Source of the DNA: Eledone cirrhosa
Lineage: Eukaryota
NCBI GenBank assembly: GCA_964016885.1
Contig: OZ024748.1
Coordinates: 58,342,001 to 58,406,000, forward strand
DNA: 64,000 nt
Reading direction: 5' to 3'
The position numbers and the translations under genes were made by a program. The notes below the pieces were generated by a model. It had not been told where the DNA came from, did not search any database, and saw nothing but the letters and a program-made list of their open reading frames with translations. Below are positions 41,517 through 57,305 of this stretch, in pieces. How positions within the stretch are numbered: position 1 is the stretch's first letter; each line of letters opens with the position of its first letter.

Positions 41517-41648
41517 CGGTGGATTGGCAGTATCGGTAGAGAGTCGGACGCCATGCTTTCCAGCATAGTTACGTCCCTTTACGGTCTGAGTTCAAATCCC
41601 GCTCAGGTTAACTTTGCCTTTCATCCTTACGGGGTCGATAAAATAAAT
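41517..41648 (+). mobile_element. SINE copy, 3'-truncated
   Basis: Family head and core. Confidence 0.85.
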
Positions 41649-43199
41649 AACAAGCTTCCTATACATAAAATCTGAAACTGTATTTCCATAAAATATACAT
41701 TATATAATAACGATGTTCAACGGTAGTGCAAGATTTGCTGTGAGTTGTCGGTTTTACTACCATAGAATTAGAGTGTATATATATTGACTGATTAATGGAC
41801 AAACCTGACTTTTACATTTAATTCTCAAATGTAAATTTCTCATTTTTTCTGCGAGACAGTGTGACGTTGAATCAGCTTAATTAACTTTAACTTATATGAA
41901 ATATAAAATGAATAAATATTTTGGTATGTCGTTTGAGATCTACCTAAATCATTCGCCAGTCAACCCGTTGAATGCTATTAATAATTTAGACAAATAATTT
42001 AGACAGAATTAATTGTGTCATGTTGTGGTCTTGTGTATTATGGGTTCAAATACGTGCATTTCATATAAAATCGCTACAAAGTAGATAACTATTAACAGCT
42101 AATTTTATTCTAACCATACTGAAATTGATAATACCGTAAATTTAGATACATATAGTTTTGTTACCGATGGTTCTAAATCGAATTTTACCTCACCACGTTA
42201 ATTGCATAAAGGTTATGTAATTACATTGCATTAAATATGGAAATACTAGTAATAATCAATAATCAATTGCATATTAACACCAATTTTGTACATTAGTATT
42301 TGCGGAGTTGATTAATATTAAATGAATAGCCTGTATGTTTTTTTTTGTTTCATTCTATCTATAGTTATATCTAAATTACCAGCTAGTTAAATAATCCATA
42401 TTTATTTTGCTGAAAATCTTAAGCCGTTTTCTAAATAAAATTATTTGCATTCATGAGAAATTACTGTTCAAATGGCATTTGCTTTATTCGATCCAGTAAA
42501 TATTTGAAAGCAGTAATGTGAAAGATATATATTTAATATATGTGAATGTCTGCATATAAGGAATTTCATGAAGCTTGAGTATTGAAATTTACAGTTGAAT
42601 GAAGATCTCCTTTTAAGCAAGTTCTCTTCAATCTGCTCCTGACGTGTGACAGAATTTTCTCAAAGGAGTTCTTGTTTGTCAGTGCTACGTATATCAACTC
42701 AAAGTAACTATATCTTTCTCGTATTATTGGTGACAGATTGGAACTCTGAATTGATTTCCAGAAGCTAAAATTAATCCAAAAGAGGTTGAAGTATAATATG
42801 TATTCACGAAATATGAAATACAGAAAAATGAAATTGATTCTGTATTCATGAAGTGCTATCACTGGAAGACATCATAGGAAAAGAATAACTGACGCAAAAC
42901 ACAAGTTTCCAGATTTTTCTTATATAGATATATATGTATGGTGGGGGGTGTAGATTCGCATAAAACTATTTTCTTCGTTGAAAATAGAATTCCTAATAAT
43001 ATATTTATTTCTATAAAAGACTAGAAACGTTGAATAGAATGTACAGTCTTTGTACGAAATCTCTGAAACCTACTTCATTTACTGAACTATCAACTTTGAT
43101 TTACATAACGTTCTGATGAATCCACCAATCCGTTCTAATATTTCATTTAGCAAAGTTGAAATTATGAATGGCACTATTGTCATTGAATTCATAGCAAAT

Positions 43200-43387
43200 A
43201 ATTGTTTCTACTTTTGGCACAAGGCCAGCAATTACCCAGTGTATTACTGGTACTTTATTTTATCGACCACATAAGGATGAAAGGCAAAGTTAACCTCGGT
43301 GGAATTTGAACTCAGAATGAAAAGGGCCGTAACTCTTTGCGTCAAAGCATGGCGTCCGACCCTCTACCGATACTACCAATCCACCGT
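43200..43387 (-). mobile_element. Full SINE copy with TSD
   Basis: TCATAGCAAATAAT on both sides. Confidence 0.9.
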
Positions 43388-44023
43388 CATAGCAAATAAT
43401 GTTGAAAGAAATGAGAGAATGCATCCAAGCTATACCGCTGATGAATGTGCTGTTAGCCCTTCACCTTAGTTTTAAAGTATAGTGAACTAAAGAGGAGGCA
43501 GAATATAACCAGTTTGAGAAATGTCTTTAGTTTCTAGATTTCCTCAATTTGCTTAACAAAGTAATATTTTCTGTGAAAAAATTAATCATTGAATTTTATT
43601 ACCAGAACTATAAGCAACATTGCGATAAATGATCCGTGAAATAAACCATGAAATTAACGATAAATGTATTCAATATTTAACTAGTGAAACATACTATGGT
43701 GGTTTTATCTATTGTTACATTATTTGCAAGAATTTCTCCAATTTACTGAAAACCGCGAATGTATAATTTCAGAGATATATATCAACATATTTTTTCAAAT
43801 GGAATATCATTGTAAAAGATGTAAGTTCAGAAATATTTACATCAGATTTATATGTGTTAAACTAAACCTGCTACCTATTTACTTAAATATATATTTGAAC
43901 GTGAAAACAACAAATAATGCTTTCATATGAGAAATTCTGACGAAACCTGATTGATCATAAAACAGAAGTAGCGACACAGAATAGAGAATATATGAATAGA
44001 AATTCAGAATCAAAATAAATAAT

Positions 44024-44146
44024 TGTTACTACTTTTGGCACAAGGCCAGCGATTATTCCAGTGTATTACTGGTACTTTATTTTATCGGCCCCATAAGGAT
44101 GAAAGGCAAAGTAAACCTCGGCGGGATTTGAACTCAGAATGGCAAG
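44024..44146 (-). mobile_element. 5'-truncated SINE with 17-bp TSD
   Basis: GAATCAAAATAAATAAT at 44007-44023 and 44147-44163. Confidence 0.9.
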
Positions 44147-44199
44147 GAATCAAAATAAATAATGCGCCAGCTTCAGTAATCAGATGAAGGGAGGTATGC

Positions 44200-44625
44200 G
44201 TGCCAACCCTTACCAATAGTCATGACTCTTGGGTAATGACCGAAAAAATAAGATCGCAAATACAACCGGCCGAAATGGGATTCCTTACAAGGGACTTTGG
44301 TGTAACGTTCCTCGATAACATGCTTTGTTCGTAGATCAGAGAATTACTCCAGGTAGAGTAGCTACTTCTCCGCATAGAGAGATCACAGCTCAGATACTAT
44401 GGCCCTGAGATTAGAATGTCTCAGTTAAGAATTGCTGGACAGATTTCACAGGCAAAAGAAATCCGGCAAGAGACCCAGGGGTAGACCCCGAGCAAGGTGG
44501 TTAGATAACATCTACAAGCTCGGCTGGTCACATTTGGGGATCCAACTGGATTAGTTGGAAACGGTTGCTTCTTACAGGACCCGCTGGAAGGTGTGTTTGA
44601 GGACTCTGTCCCCATGACCTTGTAC
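44200..44625 (+). mobile_element. RTE-clade (Rex3/Expander-like) LINE 3' fragment
   Basis: PTLTNSHDSWVMTEKIRSQIQPAEMGFL..IERSQLRYYG..GKRPRGRPRARWLDNI. Confidence 0.9.
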
Positions 44626-45457
44626 AAGAATCATTTCAACTAGGGATAACACAGTGATACTTCTCATGCCAAGCAGCAAATATCAATATATTATGTTTAG
44701 GGATATTAGCAGTGATAAGAGGTAGGCGTCTATAGAGGTCAAACTACATAATATTTCAAGACTCACACGTTACCCACCTATTTCGGTACACACATACACA
44801 TGAAAGGAAAACATGTCCAAATCGTCTGGAGATGTCGAACAAAAATAAATTTGTCCATCGACACGATGCTTTGTGATTAATATATGATAAACAAGAAATG
44901 ATTATATATATTGTGAGACACATTCAGGTGTGAATACTGTAGCGAGACATATATAAAACAAGATATAATGCACTTTAATTTATTAAACTATTTCTACAGG
45001 AAATGAAAATAATGATGAAATGTTTATATCTTTAAAGTGATACGACCTATTTGTTATTAGTTTTTCTGAAAACGATGAATATATTTCAAACTTTAACAAA
45101 ATAATACATGATAAAATCATTCTCTATTAAAATTAAAAAAAGAAAGAAATCTCATAACTAAAACTCAGACGCAATAAGTTAATTACTGTGGTGAATATTC
45201 AAATATAATCAGGCTATTTCCAGTACATAGATTCAAGGTGTAGCGCTACTAGAATTGTGGCACCGACAAAACCCACAAACATTTAAACACCATCAAAAAT
45301 AGTATTTTGTAAATCAATATGTTTGTATATTCACAGATGGAAACGGTGAGATTAAATAGCCTGATCTAAACATAAACATTTCTGTGCGATATGTTTTTCA
45401 AGATTAGATGAACTCATTGAATATTTATACAAATCTGTGTGTATATATACATATATG

Positions 45458-45488
<31 letters not shown>

Positions 45489-45774
45489 TCCATGAATTGT
45501 GACGTTTCTTTTGTTATTTTTGTTATTACCTTTAAAAACACAAGCACACACACATAAACATGTAAATTTATATATATATATATATATACACGTGTATATG
45601 TGTGGAGAGCAATGCATTATATTCACACTTATTTACACATCACTCGCCTTCATTCGCACTCTCTCTCTCTCACTCTCTCTCTCACGGTATATGTATTTGT
45701 ATATATGGATATGTTCATACACAGGAATACTCGCTGACTCAGACACGCACACATTATCACATTATATATATATA

Positions 45775-46092
45775 TAACTATCTGGCAGGAAGGTTTACGT
45801 TGCTGACGATAGCTAACAAGCTTGAAACTAGTACAGCGTTCCTTTGGCAGTGTTGAACAAACGAGCAACGGTGGTTACTAGACACTACGACTTAATACGG
45901 GATGTTTGTTTACAAACACACCGAGCATTATAATAAATGTTTGGTGAATCCATACGTACATATATATATGTGTGCATGTATGTATATATACATACTACTG
46001 TACGTCTGTATACATATATGTATGTACGTATACATACTTATATTTAAGTAACAGCCGTACTAAGAGTGGGAAATGAAATTTCGTTTCATTTT
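45775..46092 (+). mobile_element. Partial single unit of retrozyme-like family H3 with an intact hammerhead (45797-45839)
   Basis: ACGTTG-CTGACGA-T-AGCT-AACA-AGCT-T-GAAA-CTAG-TA-CAGCGT. Confidence 0.85.
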
Positions 46093-46149
46093 TTCTGTGT
46101 GTATATATATATATATATATGAGAGAGGGAGAGCGAGAGAGGGAGATGC

Positions 46150-46220
46150 AATCTTGCCTGAGGAAGAACCCTGTATGCATACCGAATTATCATACGGCCG
46201 AAACATTTTAATTAGGGAAA
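46150..46220 (+). ncRNA. Degenerate hammerhead-like motif
   Basis: CTGAGGA 46158-46164, CTGTATG/CATACGG stem, GAAA 46200-46203, CATTTTA. Confidence 0.45.
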
Positions 46221-46535
46221 ACAATACCAAATATAAATTAAAAGAAATCCTATTATATTTCCACATGCCTCAAACCAGGAACAAGACTCTTTATTAGGCT
46301 TCGCTTTTTTTCCAAGTAATTATATTATGCTATTGTTTCTGATGTATATATATATATCAATTCTTGTATGTGCGATGAAAATTACTGAACAAAAATTTAC
46401 TATGTTTATATACAGTGACATTATGCAAAATATATCCTTCAATGATTGCGTTTTTATTTTTTCATTTTGTATATGATATTCTCCAAACCACACATTCAGT
46501 CGTATATTTATATGCTCATGTACATAAATATATAT

Positions 46536-46569
<34 letters not shown>

Positions 46570-46710
46570 GTATGCATATAGTATATTATATATATGTATG
46601 TATATATGTATGTATAGTATGTATGTATGCATATTATATTATATAATATTATATATATATATATATATAAAAGAGAGTGGCACGCATATGTATGTACGTA
46701 TCTATGTACG

Positions 46711-46753
<43 letters not shown>

Positions 46754-48329
46754 ATATATATATACATATATATGATCTTCCTCTCATGAGAGACTAGGTA
46801 ATGTATCCTTCGATGTGAAGAATTAGAGTAAATATCTATTTCTTCTTGGCAGATAAGGTGATGGTACGTATATGTAAGTAAGTATGCGTAATATACATAT
46901 AGGTATATATATGTGTGTTTATATACATAGGCATACATATGCGAATGTGTTTATGTCTGTTTAATATGTGTTTGCGAGCGTAGTAAGCTACAAGACATAA
47001 TTTATTAGACATCACTGACAAACTGGAATACCGGAAGGCATTAGACAACATAATATTCCGATGTTCTTCTTTTGCAAGTCAACAATATTAATTAAGACTA
47101 TGAATCTCCAAATACACAAATCAGCTACGGTCAAGAATATACAGGAATGCAAATATGAAATAAACTATAACTATACAACTATAAATAGGAACATTCCATA
47201 TAGTATCAACTAATGTATTGCTTGCAAGGAAAACATGATAGGATTAATGTATATGAATAAAAGTTCTGCAAGGTAATATAGAAGTTTGTTTCAAAAAGTT
47301 ATAGATTAGAGTAATTAATAACTTGGAATATGTCTTTCTGTGCTTTAATATAAATATGTTCTTTCTGTAGAGATTAATGTTTTTTTTTGTGTGTGTATGT
47401 GTGTTCATTTATTTTCATGTCATTCTCAATGTATATTCCTCCTTTTCTCTAACTGTAACACAATCAATTTATGTTGTAGAAGTAGTTTTATTACGAACAT
47501 ATTTCTACTCTAGGATAAGTGCGATACTGTTTCTTTGACTTTGTTTTTATAGATTCAAATTAAAGTAAGACTAAATATTCATATTTGCTGAGAGCAAAGT
47601 CAAGTTGAAATATGTTTCATTCTTGATAATATCTGATTTTCAGGTAGTTATTTTTGTTATTTATTCTTGTTGTATAATTTATTTTGGTTTCTAACATGTA
47701 AGTAATTTTTCAAGAGGATTTTGTAAATTTCGCTGTGAATTTAGACTATGCAAATAAGAAATACATCGGATGGAAAGAATGTAAAAGTAAAATATTCAAG
47801 GTATTACAGATCATTGAATTATGTTTCAAAGTTTATTACTATTAATGATGTTAGGTTGAAGTATTTATATCCGATAAACCTTAACGTGGACAACTTCAAT
47901 ACAATTTAAATGCGTGTCTGTGTTTGTATGTACCCACCCACCCCTTTTTTGTCTTTTTTTGTCTTCTTTTCTTGAGTTTTTTCCTTCTAAAAATGTTTTA
48001 TTTCTAATTTATTGATACATTTTTATAAGTATGTCGAGATTGACACTTTCCTTTAATTACTATACTCCCTTACCTCTTTTACTTCCGCATCTAAATGTAA
48101 GTGTGTGTGGGCGTGTTTATGTGAGCGCCTCAATATTCATATACTTATGATGTATCTATTCCGTCTGTTGATTACAAACATACAGATACATTAGCCCTAA
48201 ATTTTAGATTTACACACACTTTTCACTATACGTATACATATGAGCATACACATATATGCACATCTGTGGGCGTATTTACATACATATACACACACCTAAC
48301 TATATTTTCTTCATGAATTTCAATCTCTA

Positions 48330-48602
48330 TTTCATTGGTCTATTCAAAATCTGTTCCCAAACAGACCTATTGTATTGAAATGTTGTTATTATCAATAAAC
48401 AAGCATCATTATTTCTGAAGACAGCATATATATGTGAAGGTATGTATATTCCCTCTGATAGTTTGTATAATTTTGTACATAGATCTCTTGAATATGCATA
48501 CCAATTCTAACACATATATGTCCTAGAAACAATCGTAAAATAATGAACTTTTTTGTTTAATATAAGGAACTGTTTCTTTGTTTATTCATTATTTTTTTAA
48601 TA

Positions 48603-48605
<3 letters not shown>
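48330..48605 (+). mobile_element. Family H4 pLTR fragment with long-stem-II hammerhead (48406-48546)
   Basis: CTGAAGA 48415-48421, GAAA 48526-48529, CAATCG-TA; matches the reverse complement of 57770-58040. Confidence 0.8.
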
Positions 48606-50101
<1,496 letters not shown>

Positions 50102-50207
50102 AGTTTGTAGGACTGGAGTATACATAATATAAGATCATAATATATAATCTCAGAGCTTTCACTTCAATTTATTATAAAGAATCTTGCTAAACAAATTCAG
50201 AAACGAA

Positions 50208-50242
<35 letters not shown>

Positions 50243-50282
50243 TATACATATATATATATATATGTATGTATATGTGTATATG

Positions 50283-50333
<51 letters not shown>

Positions 50334-50930
50334 GTTAGAGAGAGAGAGAAAGAGAATTATGATAGATAGACAGTCGGGCGAATTTATATACATATTTGTA
50401 TGTATGTGTCTTTCTGTATGTAGTACTTGGGATAATTGATTGATTTATTGATTGATTTTAGTATAATATTTGTTATTTACTTTCTTTTAGTGATCCCTTT
50501 CATGTTTCAGACTTTTGTATTTCTTATTCGTGTTTTTTTTTTATGGTTAAACAGCATGTGTGACGTCAGGCCTGATAGGGAAGAATTTATTTTAATCTAT
50601 TTTGTTATGCCACTGATATTGATAAAATTATCTTCTTCCAGCTTTGAACGTGTTAAGTCTATAATGGTCAAGGCTGATTCTTGGTGTCCGAAATTGCAGT
50701 AAGGGAAATATGCGAGTGTGAAACCTTTTAATTTTAGGTCGCTTGGCTAGGAATCTCCCTGTAATTATGACTAATTTCAACACTCCTTAAGGGTGTTAAG
50801 TAGGAAAGGAGAGGACAAATTTAACTCAACCAACAATGTAAAAATATAGTAGTTTCATGCATTGCATACACACATAATTATACCATTTGTACTGCCTCTC
50901 TGTTTTTTGTTCCTGTCTAATATTTAACTA

Positions 50931-50968
<38 letters not shown>

Positions 50969-51715
50969 CATACATACGTATATATACAACTTGAATTTGA
51001 GCCAACTTGAATAATCTGCTGAATCGGGACTGACTTGAAATTACACGAGAGCAATAACAAACGTAATCTGGAATTTATTTGTTGCTTAATCGTTCTAAAT
51101 TACTATTTAAGTGAAAATATATAATTTGATAATTATTGAAATTGCGTGACTCATGCAACATTTTAATAAGTCGGTATAACCTTTAAACCAGATGCTTCCA
51201 TTTGTCCAATGCTATAAGTTGTAAATAACGGAATGTTTGTATCTAAATATGCTCGATGTAGAAAAGAATTCAATTAACGAGAAGCATCTCAACTTTATAG
51301 TTTTCAATTAGCTATCATTCACTAACATAAAATCATGTAATTACTTCGAAGGTAAATGTTGCTTAGATATTGCATTTTATTTTGTTCATGTAATTTGGAA
51401 ATCGTACAGCAATTAAATTCTTATGTACATAATTGGATGTAAATAATCAAGAAATAAATTAAGAGTCGTTGTATCTAAATACTCGTTCGTTCCTTAAATA
51501 AAAAACAACAATATTTACATTTCGATCTGTAGCTGGTTCAGAATGCTAAAGATAGATTTATTTCGGAAGTAGAAACACTTTGCTTGTATAAGATATTTTT
51601 ACATTGATCGAACCACTCTGATGTAAACAAGAGTAAATAGGAGATTCAAGTATGTGGAAGCGCAATCTTACTACAATATACCCAGCTAAATATGCGTAAA
51701 ATAGTAAGTATATAA

Positions 51716-52078
51716 ATGTTTCTACTTTTGGCACAAAGCCAATAATTCCCCCATTGCATTACTGGTGCCTTATTTTATTGATCTCGTAAGGATGAAAGGT
51801 AAAGTTAACTTGACCTAGGTAGGATTTGTACTCAACGTAAACGACCATAACTCTATGCGCAAAGCATGGTGTCTGACGCTCTACCGATACTGCAAATAAT
51901 TGTTTCTACTTTCGGCACAAGGCCAGCAATTATGCCAGTAAATTACTGGTACTTTATTTTATAGACCCCGTAAGGATGAAAGGCAAAGTTGACCTCGGCG
52001 GGATTTGAACCCATAACATAAAGGGCCGCAACTCTATGCTGCACAGCATTGTGTCCGACGCTCTACCGATACTGCCAA
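51716..52078 (-). mobile_element. Two tandem SINE copies (51716-51895, 51897-52078)
   Basis: Family core occurs twice. Confidence 0.85.
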
Positions 52079-55000
52079 TGTAATAAATGGGTGATAATTT
52101 CCAGAACGCCTGTACAATGTGGTAGAAATAAATAAGGGGCAAACGATGACGAAAGAAGCAAAGAAATGATTTACCCAATATAATTCAACATATTTCAGGG
52201 CTAAAGCCCATATTGAGATCTAAAGACGGGAACGGTTAAAAAAAAAGACTGGTTAATGTGTCTCATATACGCATGCGGGGAGCTGTTATGTTAGGCACTC
52301 TGCTCCCCGCATTTCTAATCTGGTGTTCAACTATATAGTGTAACGCATTTTCTTCCATTTTATGATATTCCGATGTGTCAGTCTACACTAAATTTAATAT
52401 GAATTTCATTCCCAAAAGAAATATTTGTTATACTTGTGTACTCCAATATGTGTATGGTCAGATGGATTTCTTGCGGTTTAGAGTTTATATTATTAATATT
52501 ATTTCTTGTATTGAACACTTTTTCTTCAATGTTATCAGCACGATTCTCTACATAGCCATGATTTTATTTGCCTTCAAAATCCCAGTCTTTGCTACAAATA
52601 TTACGGCTTCGTCTACCGAAATTGTATGTTTGCAGGAAATAGACACTTTTGAGATTGTCTTTTGAAAATCAATAATCTGTAAACTTTATTCGTTGTCCAC
52701 AGTGCTAGAAATATATCTATTTATCTTCCAAATATCAGCGATTTCTTTAGAAGTTAGTTTCACATCTAACAGCGTATTATAATGAGGTAAGTATTCTTGC
52801 AATCAATTTTATACACATTTCATGTTATAAAATACTGCCTAAACAGAGGGAGAGTTCTGTTCCTATGTGAAAAGGCATATTTATGTTCTATCGGAAATGC
52901 ATACAGTGATGTCTTTCATCTTTATATATATACTTTGGAAATGTACAAATCTAATACTAGATGAAAATGCTCCTAATGCAGAGAATACTTTAGCTTAGTA
53001 GATAAATCATGGTGATTATTCTTCTGAAAAGCATGATTTCAGTGAACCATTCAATACGTAATACCTATTTAGTGTTCTAACATGATACATTTATTCCGAG
53101 AATATCCGGTAGAATGTGAGGTAGTTACTCATCTTTACATAACTAAACGTCAGTGAAATATTTATCAGTTGTAAATAATAACATTTCCAATTTCAAATGC
53201 AAAAACGACAAACTATAAGTTTGGCCAAAGGCATTGTGAATTGCTATATACGTATAAGAATCACGTCCTCTTATTTCATAGGAATATTTTCATGTTTTTA
53301 TTCTCAAAATGGGGAATTTTACCAGCTACTCATTGTGAAATATTTTCTATCGACTTTGATATCAATATTTTCAAAGCGAAATGCTACATTGCATATATAT
53401 TTCCAAAATGAGAACGTATAAAAATTATTGTTCTAAATAAATGGACTGAAAAATAGACAAGCTTTATATGAAAGGGCATGATGTTTGAATACGTATAAAA
53501 CTCACGTATATTTAAGTGGCGTGTAACCATATGTTTCCTTTATGATATGAAATATATACAGATTTATGTTAATAATAAGATGTTATTGAGATTTTAACAG
53601 TATTACATTTGTGAAATTACCATATCTCAACCATGATAAATGTTATATAATGCAAAAATATTATGAAGCGTTCGATATTACTTTACAGATAAATATACCC
53701 AAGTAAGTAACAAAATAACTATAACCATGCATATATTAAGTTAGAGAAAATAAATTGTAACAGTAGGAAATACAAACTGTATTAAAAGAATGTATAGACA
53801 CTTTCGAACAAAATAGTCTTGATAAAATCCTGAGAGTTTTCCGTAGGTAGAAGTCAGTATTACAACACTAAACAAATGTGATTAGATTTTAATTTTAGTT
53901 GTGCAACACAAATAACCATTCACCAAGTAGCATTTTGGGTTTAAAGGACAGAGGAATATCTATGTATGAGCTGGCCAGCCGCAGGTGTGAGCCTCATGAG
54001 ATGGAATGGCTCTTCCCTTACCTGGAAACGCCGGGGCTGTGGGTCGGCCAGCACGTGGGCCCCATTTTCTCATAATACAGAGAGATAGGGTAGGTGAGAG
54101 AGATGGAGGTGATGACAGTGGAAGTTCAGTTCTTCCGTGTTCGGAAACATTTGTCAAACTGTAGGTTTTATGAAGCAATTGTACCATAAATTAAACAAGT
54201 CATTTACTTTATTTACATTGCTGAACACATATAGTAGAAACATTTTGTATTATTCGAACAATGCCTTAGGGAACAAAAAACAGATTTTCCTTCCATCTCC
54301 TAGCATAGCGAATCGCAATAGACGGCGTCTGACATATTGTTGTTATTAATTAAAACATTATATTGATTAGCTGTTAAAATGACATCTGGTAAAACAGAGA
54401 GAATTGAGTGTGGAATAAATGAAATTAAGGAAGACGAGGAAAATGATTTATACTTAGGGATATACAAGTTATTGTAAAGATTTCATATTAAATGTCTGTG
54501 GGTAGCAATGTGTGTAATTTAGTTATGAGAATATCGATTTAGTAAATGCGTGTTTGTATTGATTTATATGAAGGAAATATGCTGGTAATAGGAGTGTCTG
54601 GATGCTGATCGTTAGTGTAAGTGTTGTCTGAGGTATAAATTTGATGTATGGATGATTTGTTGTACTGAACGGGGAATAAAACCCATAATAAAGAATAAAA
54701 ATCTCTCCCTATGTATCAGCATATAAATGTATATATAATTTAATTTTAGGTTTAATCAAATTGTATAGATGATCTTTCTCAGTAAAAGCTCAATAAAGAT
54801 AAATTCAAAGGATCAATGATATCATTTAATATTTATACATATATAACATATACAACTTTATGTGCTAAATAAAAACATTACTCACATGACGATTGTGTTA
54901 TATTTAAACGTTAGTACTTCGAAGTGTGACCATCCAATCATAGACAACATCGATCACCAATTATCGAATTAAAGTGATGCTCAATGAAGACCGTGAAACT

Positions 55001-55121
55001 CTTCGTCAGTATGTTTATGTCTTCGCTAAACTACATATATACCTGGGGCTGTTTAAAATTCCTAGTCTCTACCATTGGGAAAAAATAATTTTATGTTTCC
55101 TCGTGGTTTAAGTATAAGGTA

Positions 55122-55168
<47 letters not shown>

Positions 55169-55684
55169 AGTAGGTAGACAGAGCAGGCTCTGTGGACAGC
55201 TAAAAAGAACTCCAGACAATTCCATTTCACTCAGCTCAAAATTAATTTCTCTATATAAGTATAAAGCCTAGTTAGTTTTTCAATTGATGTATTCTAGTAT
55301 ATCGTTTAGAATCGCATCATCATATTTATATCTATATATATACATGACTTGGATAGAATGTAAAACGTCTATCCCAAACGCAGATCAGTCTAATATATTC
55401 AACCGTAAATTCCCAGGCATTAACACATCATCTGTATGTATGTGTGTTTCGAACTCAGCCAGCCATTATAATTCTCTACATCTGGTAAGGATATATTTAA
55501 ATTGGCGACCAGGAATTAGTTAATAACTATTAAGAAAGTTATTAGTTAGTTTCCAGGGTGGGTTAATTAATTCTCCAATACACAGATTACTTGCTATTTT
55601 CCCTAAGGGAATGCTTATTACATTAATACTTTATTACAATATATTTATATATCGTTATCGATAAACATACCTACATCTATCTAA

Positions 55685-55796
55685 CTATATATACATATAT
55701 ACACATATATACATATATACACACACAAACATATAAAATATATATATGTAAATTTATATATATATATATTTATTAAAATAACAGATTTATTATTAT

Positions 55797-55846
<50 letters not shown>

Positions 55847-55847
55847 T

Positions 55848-55906
<59 letters not shown>

Positions 55907-55907
55907 G

Positions 55908-55943
<36 letters not shown>

Positions 55944-55949
55944 CATATT

Positions 55950-56003
<54 letters not shown>

Positions 56004-56012
56004 CATATTTAC

Positions 56013-56044
<32 letters not shown>

Positions 56045-56135
56045 ATATATATATACATATTTATATATAATATATATATATATATATATACATATTTATA
56101 TATATATATATATTATATATATATATATACATATT

Positions 56136-56172
<37 letters not shown>

Positions 56173-56196
56173 TATATATATATATACATACTTACG

Positions 56197-56238
<42 letters not shown>

Positions 56239-56262
56239 TATATATATATATACATACTTACG

Positions 56263-56302
<40 letters not shown>

Positions 56303-56328
56303 TATATATATATACATACTTACGCTCA

Positions 56329-56359
<31 letters not shown>

Positions 56360-56389
56360 TAATATATATATTTATACATATTTACGCTC

Positions 56390-56423
<34 letters not shown>

Positions 56424-56426
56424 ATA
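55685..56426. repeat. (TA)n tract with a higher-order unit (TTACGCTCA x4)
   Basis: Direct inspection. Confidence 0.95.
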
Positions 56427-57272
56427 CATATTTAAGTATGTGCCGTACTAAGAGTGAGAAATGAAATTTCGTTTTCATTTTATTTCAACTTATCGTTTTC
56501 GGTATGCCTGACCGACTTAGCTCACTCGATATGCAAATTAGGCTGCTAAGCTGTTAATTCTCATAAGGAAAGTATATACTTTCGAACGTTCAACTATCTG
56601 GCAGATGGGTATACGGTGCTGATGATAGCTAACAAGCTTGAAACTAGTACATCGTTCCTGTGTCAGTGTTGAACAAAAAGGTGACATGGTTGCCTTAACA
56701 CCGTACGGCAAAACATTCAGGCTGTTCAGTTTGTTTACAAACGAACAAAACGGCGTTATAATAAGCGTCCGCTAAACTGATACGTGCATATATGTATGTG
56801 TACCTGTATGTATATGTATATATATATATATATGTGCATGCTACTGTACGTCTGTATACATATATGTATGGACGTATACACACATACTTACATTTAAGTA
56901 AGTGCCGTACTAAGAGTGAGAAATGAAATTTCGTTTTCATTTTATTTCAACTTATCGTTTTCAGTATGCCTGACCGACATAGCTCACTCGATATGCAAAT
57001 TAGGCTGCTAAGCCGTTAATTTTCATAAGGAAAGTATATACTTTCGAACGTTCAACTATCTGGCAGATGGGTATACGGTGCTGATGATAGCTAACAAGCT
57101 TGAAACTAGTACATCGTTCCTGTGTCAGTGTTGAACAAAAAGGTGACATGGTTGCCTTAACACCGTACGGCATAAAATTCAGGCTGTTCAGTTTGTTTAC
57201 AAACGAACAAAGCGGCGTTATAATAAGCGTCCGCTAAACTGATACGTGCATATATGTATGTGTACCTGTATG

Positions 57273-57305
<33 letters not shown>

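Larger units (their letters stand above)
38030..43980 (-). pseudogene. Toll-like receptor pseudogene: LRRs and TIR remnant
   Basis: NLETKDISQTG (~43510-43545), IYLSHYCF (~42510-42530), AFNGLT (~41960-41975). TIR-like ETSTGFQATVDR*DFI, AITYHIINQIQ*, YFLYEVW (~38095-38240). Confidence 0.55.

Noticed and set aside
52273-52312. GC-rich 11-bp hairpin as a Helitron end or terminator
   Set aside because: Spacing to CTRR is atypical, there is no matching 5' end, and bacterial-type terminators are irrelevant here.
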